Source: Lama guanicoe
Lineage: Eukaryota
NCBI GenBank assembly: GCA_013239625.1
Contig: MU053911.1
Span: forward strand, 238,132-302,131
Direction: 5' to 3'
DNA length: 64,000 bases
The position numbers and the translations under genes are program-made. A model generated the notes under the pieces. It saw only the letters and a list, made by a program, of their open reading frames with translations. It made no database searches and was not told the DNA's origin. This document shows positions 42,249-54,100 of this stretch, piece after piece (position 1 is the first letter of the stretch; every line of letters starts with the position of its first letter).

Positions 42249-42563
42249 CCACTGGAAACATTCGTGTGTGTGTGTGTGTGTGTGTGTGTTCTATTCTGCT
42301 ACAAGTTTATCACTTCTAGATGAAAAATTTCCCTAACTTACAGCATGGTTTCTCCAAAGCATGAGATTCTGATACCTGAAATTCAATGGTTTTATATTTT
42401 CTCATTAAAATTCTAGTGGTTAATAGATTATGAATTTCAAAAGATTGTATTCCATATTCATTTCCATTATGGAATTTCCCTTGTAAATGCTAGCATATTA
42501 AAAAATTACTGACATTCACTTCATTCGTGTATTTCTTCACCTGCGTAAGACCACTGGAAACAT

Positions 42564-42596
<33 letters not shown>

Positions 42597-42856
42597 CTAT
42601 TCTGCTACAAGTTTATCACTTCTAGATGAAGAATTTCCCTAACTTACAGCATGGTTTCTCCAAAGCATGAAATTCTGATACTTGAAATTCAATGGTTTTA
42701 TATTTTCTCATTAAAATTCTAGTGGTTAATAGATTATGAATTTCAAAAGATTGTATTCCATATTCATTTCCATTATGGAATTTCCCTTGTAAATGCTAGC
42801 ATATTAAAAAATTACTGACATTCACTTCATTCGTGTATTTCTTCACCTGCGTAAGA
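42249..42856. repeat. Tandem duplication of about 302/306 bp containing a (TG)n microsatellite
   Basis: Copies 42249-42550 and 42551-42856 differ by TG count and three substitutions. Confidence 0.95.
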
Positions 42857-43003
42857 TTAAAGGTATGACTTCCTCCTGTTAACTTTCACAGGGCTCACAG
42901 ATTTCACAGGGTTCCTGTGACATGTACTGGCGTTTTCTGAGTGCAGAAGAAACAGCTTTCTGTGAATGTCCTTCCACGTGCTGTAAACACACGAGGCTTC
43001 TCT

Positions 43004-44681
43004 TCAGGATGGGTTTTCCGGTGTACAGAGATGATTCCATTTACAGTTTCTCTCCTGTATGAATTTTCTGGAATTTCCTGAGAAATGGTTTCTTACACTT
43101 AACTCACCAACATATTTGTCATCTGCATGAATTCTCTGATGCATGATGAGCTGTGACTTCCAACAAAAGGCTTTCCCACAGTCACTGCATCCATAGGGTT
43201 TCTCCCCTGAATGAGTCCTCTGATGCACAATGGGCTGAGATTTCCTAATGAAGGCTTTTTCACACTCATTGCATTCATAGGGCTTCTCTCTTGTGTGCAT
43301 CCTCTGATGTACAATGAGCTGGTATTTTCCACTGAAGGATTTCTCACATTGACTGCACTTATGAGGGTCTTCCCCTTCATGCGTTCACTCATGTACAATG
43401 AGTAGTGACTTCCAAATGAAGGCTTTCCCACATCTGTGACATTCGCATGGTTTCCCCCCTGAATGAGTTCTCATGTGTATGAGTTGGACTTGCTGCTAAA
43501 GGCTTTCCCACATTCGCTGCACCCATAAGGTTCTTCCCCAGCATGAGTTCTCTGATGAGAGATGAGCTGATCTTTTCTTCTAAACGTCTTCCCACATTCA
43601 CCACATTCATAAGGGTTTTCTCCTGTGTGAATTCCCTGATGCACAATAAGGTGTGAACTGAAACTGAAGGATTTCCCACATTCACTGCATTCGTGCGGTT
43701 TCTCTCCTGTGTGAGTCCTCATGTGTATAATGAGGTAGGACTTGCTCCTGAAAGCTTTCCCACATTCACTGCATACGTAAGGTTTCACTCCCGTGTGACT
43801 TCTCTGATGTACAATGAGCTGTGACCTCAAACTGAAGGCTTTTCCACACTGATTACATCCATAGGGTTTTACCCCAGTGTGTGCCCCCTGGTGTACAATG
43901 AGCTGTGACTTGAAGGCAAAGGTTTTCCCACACTCACCACAACCATAGGGCTTCTCCCCCGAGTGGGTTCTCTGATGCACCACAAGATTAGACTTTGTAT
44001 TAAAGGCTTTCTGACATTCACTGCATTCATAGGGTTTCTCTCCTGTATGGGTTCTCTGATGTATCATGAGCTGTGACTTCAAACCAAAAGCCTTCCCACA
44101 TTCATTACACCCATACGGTTTCTGTCCTGAATGCGTTCTCCGGTGCGAAACCAGCTGGTCTTTCCTACCAAAGACTTTTCCACATTCACAGCATTCACAG
44201 AGATTCTCCCTGGTGTGAATTCTCTGATGTATGATGAGTTGTGAACTGAAACGGAAAGTTTTCCCACATTCACTGCACTCATGAAGTGTCGCTCCTGTGT
44301 GAGTTCTCCGATGCACAACGAGGCAGGCCTTGCGGCTGAAGTCCTTCCCACCTTCATTACGACATCTGCAGGGGTTTTCTTCTGCAGGAGTTCACTGACC
44401 CACCGCGAGGCAAGACTTGCTGCTGAAGGCCTCCCTGCAGGAACTGCATTCAGAGGGCTTTCCTGCCACGTGCATTTGTTGGCATATGAGCTGCGACTCT
44501 CTTTTGACATTTTTTCCAGATCCACTATTTTCACAGTATTTTTTTCCAGTAACAGCTTGCTCATGTTTAGAATGGAATAATGATTCCCTAAGATCATGAA
44601 ACCCACTGGGATATTTTCCAGCATAATTACTACTAGAATCTATATATTTCAAACTCTTTCCATGTGTAACACATTTATGAA
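43004..44681 (-). pseudogene. ZNF268: ZNF268 C2H2 zinc-finger exon, disrupted; its 5' part runs into the gap
   Basis: HKCVTHGKSLKYID...HSKHEQ spacer and fingers ([34 protein letters not shown]) match recalled ZNF268. In-frame TGA at 44394-44392, frameshift near 43480, second TGA at 43387-43385. Confidence 0.85.
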
Positions 44682-45029
44682 NNNNNNNNNNNNNNNNNNN
44701 NNNNNNNNNNNNNNNNNNNNNNNNNNNNNNNNNNNNNNNNNNNNNNNNNNNNNNNNNNNNNNNNNNNNNNNNNNNNNNNNNNNNNNNNNNNNNNNNNNNN
44801 NNNNNNNNNNNNNNNNNNNNNNNNNNNNNNNNNNNNNNNNNNNNNNNNNNNNNNNNNNNNNNNNNNNNNNNNNNNNNNNNNNNNNNNNNNNNNNNNNNNN
44901 NNNNNNNNNNNNNNNNNNNNNNNNNNNNNNNNNNNNNNNNNNNNNNNNNNNNNNNNNNNNNNNNNNNNNNNNNNNNNNNNNNNNNNNNNNNNNNNNNNNN
45001 NNNNNNNNNNNNNNNNNNNNNNNNNNNNN
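44682..45029. other. Assembly gap (348 N)
   Basis: Run of n. Confidence 1.
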
Positions 45030-46320
45030 CACACAAAAATCAAAGTGGCTTAAAGACTGAAACATAAGACAAGACACTGTAAGCCTCCTGAAGAAAACAC
45101 AGGCAAAAACATTTTCTGACATAAATCTTAACAATGTTCTCCTAGGGTAGTCTACCCAGGCAATAGAAATAAAAGCAAAAATAAACTGGGACCTAATTAA
45201 ACTTACAAGCTTTTCCACTACAAAGAAAAAAACCATAAACAAAATAAAAAGACAGCCTATGGCAAGGGAGAAAATATTTGCAAATGATGAGACTGACAAG
45301 GGCTTCATTTCCACAATACACAAACAGCTTATACAACTTAATAACAAAAAAAACAACAACCCAATTCCACAATGGGCAGAAGACCAAAAGAAGCATTTCT
45401 CCATGAAGACATACAAATGGCCAAAAGACACATGGAAAAATGCTCAATATTGCTAATTATCAGACAATTGTAAATCAAAACTACAAAGAGGTATCACCTC
45501 ACGTAGGTCAGAATGGCCATCATTAAAAAGTCCATAAACTATAAATGCTGGAGAGGGTGCGGAGAAAACGGAACCCTCCTACACTGCTGCTGGGAATGCA
45601 GTTTGGTGCAGTCACTGTGGAAAACAGTATGGAGACTCCTTAAGAAACTAAAAATAGACTTACCATATGATCCAGTAACCCCACTCCTGAGCATATACCT
45701 GGAGGGAACTTTAATTCAAAAAGATACATGCACCCAAATGTTCACAGCAGCACTATTTACCATAGCCAAGATATGAAAACAACTTAAATGTCCATCAACA
45801 GACAACTGGATAAAGAAGATATGGTTTATTTATATAATGGAATACTACTCAGCCATAAAAAAGAATAAAATAATGCCAATTGCAACAACATAAATGGACC
45901 TGTAGACCATCATTCTAAATGAAGGAAGTCCAAAAGAGAAAGAAAAATAGCATATGATATCACTTATATTTAGAATCTCAAATATGATACAAATGACCTT
46001 ATTTACAAGACAGAATTAGACTCTAAGACACAGAAAACTTATGGTTACCAGAGGGAAAGGGAGGGTGAAGGGATATAATGGGAGTCTGAGATATACAGGT
46101 ACTAACTACAGTATATAAAATAGATAAACAACGAGGTCCTGCTGTATATAGCACAGGGAACTGTATTCAGTATCAACTAGTAAACTATAATGAAAAGAAT
46201 ATGAAAACAAATGTGTATGTATGACTGAAACATTATGCTGTACATGAGAAATTGACACAATACTGTAAACTGACTACACTTCAATTTTAAAAAAGTAAAA
46301 AAACAAAAATAAAAAGTAAA
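45030..46320 (+). mobile_element. L1 3' portion (ORF2 C-terminus, 3' UTR, A tail) in a ZNF268 intron
   Basis: ORF 45513-45776 ([31 protein letters not shown]) is the L1 ORF2 Cys-rich C-terminus. Confidence 0.92.
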
Positions 46321-48699
46321 ATTTTGCATAATGCCTTCCTCAGAAGGCACAAGGAAAAATGAGCAAAATATAAAGAGGTGGCAGGGGATCTCTGCGCATC
46401 ACTTTCACTGAACAAATAGCGGCTGAATGCCTATTCCGTGCCAAACACTGCTCAGCCCAGGATGAAACAGCAGAAACGCTGCAGACTAGTTACAGGCCTC
46501 TTGGGAGCAGTTACACTGACGTCCAAGAAATGGAAAGACTCCCAAGAAGCATCGCTGTGATGACAACAAGCAGTGGCTAGTCAAGGGTCCAGGAAAAAAA
46601 CAAAAAACCTCACAGAATGGATCAAAATTTGGAATGGCATCTGAATTCTCATTAGCATCTCAAGAGGAGAGAAAACAGAGCATTCAGGAGTTAAGTATAA
46701 ACATTTTCAGAGCACAGGTCTCAAAATTTATATCAAATGCACCCTTTCACAGGCAGCTATTGTGAAAACAAACCAAGAAAAAAGATGACACAATGAAAAC
46801 AGACAATAAAATCTGAAAGGAGATTCCAGGGTAATAATTGTACAGTCACGCCTTGAGAAAAATTAGGTTTCACTGGAGCAAGTCAAACGACACGGGAGTG
46901 TTGTCACCAGGAGGGTGAAATGGACAGAATCACCAACTGAGCTGAATACACCAAAAGAGCATTCAGATATATGAAGAAGAATCTGTTGTTAAATTAATTA
47001 TAAACACATTAATGAGAACAGAGAAAGGTGGGCAGGCAAATAAAACAACTCAAAGAAAACATGATTTATGAACAAAAACTAACCATCGTGCACTTCCATG
47101 ATTTATCCATGAACAGAAATTACAGTCGTAAAGATGTAAAAACTGAAGACTGATCTAACCAGAAGTACGAAGCAGCCTGATTAGGACGATGAGGGTCTGG
47201 GACCAGGCAGGGTGTGTATTCTGGGGAGTCTGAGGAAGGAGCATGAGGGAGAATTAAATCTCTACCCTTCCTACTGAGTAACTAGAGGAGAGAGTGAAGG
47301 TGCAGCAGCCGCAGCAGCAGCTGGTTATTCAGAAAGCATGGAGGTAAATGCCAGAAGAAAGAGCTAAGAGAGATGAAGCGGTTTTTCTCCGGGGGAATGA
47401 AAAACAGAGGGGGCAAGGTGGACAGAATGCTGTTTAAACATCGATGCAAAGGTAACAGTGGACAGGGAACCAGACACAGGACTACGTCCTCAGGCACAGT
47501 GACAAATACTTGGAGGCTGACTACAGAGAGAATGCGGAGAGTCGGCCCAGATGTCCCAAAGGAACCTGCTGACCAAGGAAAGGACAGAAAAGGGTATTCA
47601 GAGAACACAGCAGCAGTCAGGTTTGAAGACAGCACATCACAGGATCTTAATACCTCACTCCAAGTTTCACTACATCCTAAATCTGAACACTCATTCATTT
47701 TGTACACAAGCTCCAAACTGTATTTTCCCCAACACTGATTCCCAACTGGGGCAGTACCCGCCTTGGATGCAGTGAGCAATGAACATGAGCCTGTTCGACT
47801 ATGACAGTGGCTTCGGAGGGAGTATAACTGTCTATCACATGGTCCTGAAGTCAGAACTATTTCCAGAAGAAGAACACAGGCCAGTGAGTAATTATCTGTG
47901 CCCTCGAGTCAGACCTGCTCGAATGTCTGCCTGTCAGTGTTGTCCCTGAAGACCTGCAAAGTTCAATAACCGCAGAAACGAGATCACTGCTGGTATCTCA
48001 AGGAGCAGCACAACAAACTAAGAAACAAGGAAGGAACAGCGGAGCCAGAGAGCAGGAGGCAGGAATTCACAAGGTTACAGATGATTCGAACATGATTCAT
48101 GCCTGTGTTAAACATTATTACTGGCCATGGCTCATCTTGAGTTTAGCCACAGGAGACAGTGGAAAAGGAAATTAAGCTCAGAGAGCAGGACCAAGGGCTC
48201 ACTGGGCCACAGTCTGCCCAACCAGGGGTCCCACGCACTGCAAACCAGTGACTTCTCTGTGGTGCCCACTGCTGCTGCTCTCCCAGAACAGGGTTCCTGT
48301 TGTACCCACCCCACACCTCTCTCTGTCTGGTTGGTCGTACGTGGATCACTTGCCTTTAGTCAGCGATCCCCAGACCACAGAGAACCACCACCAGGTCTGA
48401 TTGCCAACAGGGACCCTACACTTGCACTCACACAGGACAAGCATGAGAACAGGGGTGACAGAATGTTTTTGAAGATGGGTGGATGGAAGGAAAGGTGCGA
48501 CTAGACGCGACGTGGCTAAGGAGGCAGATGGAGGAGGGCAGAGCCGCCTGCCCAGCAGCTCTCCTGCCCCTTCCTGGTCAGCCGAGCCTGGCCTTTGCTT
48601 CCCACCACCATCCGCGCACCTCAGGCGGGCACATGGGGACCCGCCTCCACGCCGGCCCCCTCGGAGGTGACACGTGCTTCTCCTGAGCCAGCAGGGGTG

Positions 48700-49080
48700 C
48701 TTCCACTCCCCTCGCCAGCGTCTCCTTCAGACAAGTGTGTGTGATCACAGCGCGGCCTAACGAGCACGGGGAGTCTGCAGGGCCTCCTGGATCAGATTTT
48801 ACTGCCTGGGAAACAGGCTCATGTGGGAAGACACAGTCTTCCTTACTCCACTGGCCACGGGTACAGCTGCAGGTGTCGGCTGGAACTAACAGCCATCTGA
48901 TGGCCACGAGGGAGGAAATCTGAGGAAAGTACTGACGTACTTAGGTGACAAGGCAGAGAGAGACCTCTGGGGATTTAGTTACCCCTACAGATGCCCCACT
49001 TCAGGATGCTCTGCGATGTACGGTAATAAATCACTTTTGCTTAAATAGGCTGACTTAGATTAATAAAAAAAAACTGCACC
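48700..49080 (+). mobile_element. Probable MLT/MaLR-type LTR remnant
   Basis: Ends ...aataaatcacttttgcttaa...; old MaLR-like text, recognised by eye only. Confidence 0.4.
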
Positions 49081-50183
49081 TGCAACAATCCTAATGATAC
49101 AAGATTAATTGCTGATTTACTCGCTCAAGCGCATGACAGAACACACAGGTGCTGAGGGAAACATCTGACAGTAACAGCAAAGTGACTAGGAGCGTAAGAG
49201 GATAAATCTGGCTCACAAGTAGAACAATCAAGAAGTGAACTAATGCTGACCTCGTCTGGGCTGAGAATGGAGAAGATGGAGGCCTTAAAAGACTTCTTTT
49301 TAAAGGACCAAAACAGTACCATATTACGGCAAGACTAGTGAAGAGAAGTGTGTACAAAGGAGAGTTAAGCTGACGCTCCAGCGCCAGGAGAAAAGCCAGG
49401 AGCACAGAGGAACTAGCCATCAGAAAGGCGAGAGGATGTCCCTGTATAGTGATGGGGCAGCGGGAGGGACATTCCAATTCCACTTTCTGAAAGTGAGATA
49501 AGGGGGTGGCACATGCAGAAAAGATGCCCTGGGCACTGACTGAATCCAGTACCAAAGGGCAGACAAAAGAGGGACAGGGCTGTCGGTCACCGACCGAGAG
49601 AAAAAGAGCTTAAATCTTCAGAATGGAAGTCTTTTTGAACTTACAACATACAAGGAAACTGGAGAACATAAGAAAAGACTCCTCTGGACTCAGAGGGGAG
49701 AGCAAGAGGGGCCAGTAAACCATGAGGAGGGTGAGCCCTTTGTGATGCAGCGTGAGAGGGGCTCAGTGGGGTGACCTGAGTAACAGGGCGGGGAGCGGCT
49801 CAGGCAGGAGAGCACGGTGGCAAGGTGGTCAGCAAGGAGACACGGAAGGGGTGGTATCTCCTAATCAGTAGGTTCCAAGGAGAAGGAAACTGGAACTGTG
49901 GTTGTTGAATATAAACGTAAGACATTTTTTAAAAAAACAGGAATGAGAAGGGGTGTGAGAGTCATACCGAGGGCGGTAAACAGGGAACACTTGCTTCAAT
50001 GCATAATGAAATGAGTCTATTACCACGGGAACGTAAGACGGAAGCTGAGACGGCCAGAGAGGGGAGTAACGAAGACAGAATAGTTGAAACGAGACAGAGG
50101 TACAAACCCGAAGGGAGCGTCACGTCAGAACTCAGCCCAGGTCTGGGCACGGAGGAAAAGCACTCCGTGTCCTGCTCGCTCAC

Positions 50184-50270
50184 CTGCACGGCCCTGACTT
50201 GGGATTCGCATCGTCCACAGCTCTTCTTGTTCCAACTGGAAAACGACACTGGGTTTGGTGTGCTGGTGCC
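50184..50270 (-). CDS. ZNF268: ZNF268 KRAB-B exon: (G)HQHTKPSVVFQLEQEELWTMRIPSQGRA
   Basis: TTCCACTCACAG acceptor, GTGAGC donor, 87 nt, phase 1 to 1, open. Confidence 0.85.
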
Positions 50271-50542
50271 CTGTGAGTGGAAAATCACACACAACCTGGC
50301 CGAGATTGCCCAGGATCCAGGAATTCTCAGGAACGGGGAGGCTCGGTTCAGAGGCAGCACGGTGAAGCCGCCCTTGGGCACTCTGCACAGGAAACACCAT
50401 CCAGCCAGCATAATCCGATGCCAAAGGGAGAGTAAGAAAACCCGGTCTCTACATACAAGCACAGAAACACCAAACATTTTGCAGAAGTCCCTTGGCTTTC
50501 AGCAACCAAGAAGGGGAGGCGGAGACTCCATACCCTCCTTCA

Positions 50543-50722
<180 letters not shown>

Positions 50723-51179
50723 TTACTCAGTTCTCATAAACAAAAGGCTGCCAAGGGTGGCCATTCTTTACACGTTGTTTTGTGAGAAAAGCAAAGATTT
50801 ATTGAAAGCATTCCATCTATATGCATTAAATCAGTTAACCTTTCATTAAACAAATGCAAATACCATGTGCCAGGAATTCAATTAGGTGCAGGTGATATAA
50901 AAATGGATGCAAGGCAGTCATGCCTGCAAGAACTGTTAGCATTGCAGAGGAAGCAAAGTTAAATACATAAAAATGCAACAGGGAGTAAAGAAGCTCAGAT
51001 AAAAGAACCTGCAGAGAACATGGGCACAACAGAGGAATGGGCAGTGCTGCCGAGAAGTGTCAACTAAGTCGAGAAAGGGGCCGGGAGGAGCTGCCATGGA
51101 AGAGAAGACTTGCGAAAATTTGGCGGAATAAAAAAAGGCAATGGCTGTAAGTAGCCGCCACTTTGTGGGGCAAAAGATC

Positions 51180-54100
51180 TGAATGTGAAGATACACGATG
51201 GCAAATAAGCACATGACATGATGCTCAACATCATATGTCCTCAAGGAGCTGCAAATTAAAACAGCCAGACATCATGCACACCGAGAATGGCTAAAATGTT
51301 CAAAAACTGACAACACCAAATTTGAAAATGAAATTTCAAATGTGATGAAAGACATGAATATAAACATCCAAGAAGCTCAGCAGACTCCCAAAACTGAGAC
51401 GTGATATAATCAAATTTTCTACAGACAAAACCGTGAAAGCATCAGAAGACAAACGACTTGTCACACAAAAGGGCTGCTCAGTAAGAGTATAAGCTGAGTT
51501 TCTCATCAGAAGATCAGAGACCAAAAGGCAATGAACCCATACACTCAAAGAGCTAAAACAAAATAACTGTGAGCCAAGACTCCTACACCTGACAAAACTG
51601 TCCTTCAAAAGTGAGGTAAAATTAAGACTTCACCAGAGAAACAAAGTAAGTTTGCTACCACTAGACTTGCTCTGCAAGAAATGCTCAAGGGAGTCCTGCA
51701 GGTGAAATAAAAGGACACTAGAGGGGGAGTACAGCTCAAGTGGCAGAGTGCACGCTCAGCACTCAAGACGTCCTGGCTTCAATCCCCAGTACCTCCTCCA
51801 AACAGAAATAAATGAATAAATCTAATTACCTCCCCCTCATGAAAAACAAAGCAAGCAAAATGTGTGCTTGGATACTGTTCTATAAATGTCTCATCCTTTA
51901 AAAAAATAAAAATGAAAAAGGACACTGGAGAATACCTTGAAGCTGCCTAAAGAAACATCTAATAAAGGTAACATCTGGGCAATAATTAATGGTAGTTATT
52001 ATTTTAACTTTGATTTGTAACTCTACATTTTCTTTTCTACATAATTAGAAAAGACTAATGCTTTTGAAGTAACTATTGGGTTTATGTTTCGGAGCACACA
52101 ATGTATAAACACATAATTGTGTGACGTCAACAACCAAAAGGGGTGGGACAGAGCCCCAAAGGAGCATACTGTCTGCATGTTTTTGGAGTTAAGCTGGTAT
52201 AAATTCAAGTCAGAATGCTATAACTTTAGGAAGTTAAATGTAATCCTATGGCAACCACAAAGAAAATAGTTATAAAACTTATATGAAAGCAAATGAAAAA
52301 GGAATTTAGATATTCCACTACAATAATTCAACTAATCACAAAAGACAGTAATGCAGGAATTGAATGACCAAAATGCTATAAGGCATATAAAAAGCAAAGA
52401 GCAAACGACAGAAATAAACCTCTCCTTATGAGTAATTACTGTAAGTGTAAATCAGCTAAACTCCCCAGTGAAAGGACGGAGTTTGGAAGAATGGATCAAA
52501 AAACATGACCCAATATATGCTGTCTACAGGAAACTCATTTCAGACCCAAAGACACAAACAGACTGGAAATGAAAGGATGAACAGAGACATTCCATGCAAG
52601 CAGTAACCAAGAGAGAGCAGGGGTGGTCACACTAACATCAGACAAATCAGAAGAGATTGTAAGAGACAAAGAAGGAAATTACAGGTTATTACATTTTACT
52701 ACAGCAAGAAGACTGACAATTATAAATAGTTATACCTAATAATAGATCGTAAAAATACATGAAGCAAAATCTGACAGAACTGAAGGAAGAAATAGTTTTA
52801 TAATAATAACAGGAAACTTCAACATTCCACTCTCAAACATGGATGGAACAATCAGACAGAAAATAAGAAACAGAATTTAAATAAACTCATTAGTTCTAAC
52901 AGACATATACAGAAAACTCTAACCAACAACATACACATTCTTCTCAAGCACGCAAGAGATATTTTCCAGGACGGATTGTAATGTTAGGCCACAAATTAAG
53001 TCTCAAGATTTAAAAGATAAATATTATACAAAGTATCTTCCCTGGCCACAAAGGATGAAGTTAAGCATCACTAAAAAAGTGGGGGGAAAGGAAAATTCAC
53101 AAACTTTAAAAAAAAATTAAACAACACAGTATTAACCAACAGATCAAAGAAATCAAAATGGAAATTAGTAAACACTTGGACACGAATGAAAACAAAACAG
53201 AACAAAACTGATAGGATGCTGCAAAAGCAGTGTTGAGGAGAAAGCTAACAGTTATAAATGATTATATTTAAAACAAGAGACATCTCAAACCAACAATCTA
53301 ACTCTACAAGTTAAGGAAATGGGAAAAAACCAAACTAAACACAAAAATAGCAACAGAAAGGAAATAATATAGATTAGATACAAATAAACAAAATAGAGAC
53401 TAGAAAAACAGGAAAAAAAACAATGAAACCAAAGCTTAGTTCTTTAAAGAGACCAACAAAATTGATAAACCTTCAGATAAATGGACTAAGAAAAAAAAAA
53501 GAAGATCTGAATTACTAAAATCAGAAACGGCAGTGGGGAAATTAGTAATGATTAGTTCGGACTCAAAAATGATTATTTGAAAGGACTATGACAAACTGTG
53601 TGCCAAGAAGCTGGATAACCTAGTTGAAATGGGTAAATTCCATTTCCCTTTCAATCAACATTACATCACAAAGAAATAGAAAATTTGAAAGGAACTATAT
53701 AACTAGGAGATTGAGTCTATAGTAAAAAAATTTCCCAAAAATAAAAAAGCCAAGGTTTCACTGGTGAATTTTATCAAACATTTAAAGAAGTACTAACATT
53801 GGTCTTTCTCAAGTTTTTACAAAAAACTAAAGAGGAGGGAACACTTCCTAATTCATTCTGTAAGACCAGGATTACCCTGATACCAAAGCCAGACAAGGAT
53901 ACTACAAGGAAACTACTAAAGACCAATACTCCTTATGAAATAGATGTGAAAATCCTCAATACAACAACAACACATCAAATTCAGCAGCTTATTAAGAAGA
54001 TTACACACCATGACCAATGGGATTTATTCCTGGAATGCAAGGATGGCTCAACATTTGAAAATCCCTCCGTGTAATACACCACATTAATAGAATGAAGTTA

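Noticed and set aside
43471..44316. 281-aa zinc-finger ORF as a stand-alone gene
   Set aside because: It starts at a GTG within a finger and is just the interval between a nonsense codon and a frameshift in the ZNF268 exon.
44392..45431. Long ORFs crossing the N run
   Set aside because: Artefacts of translating Ns.
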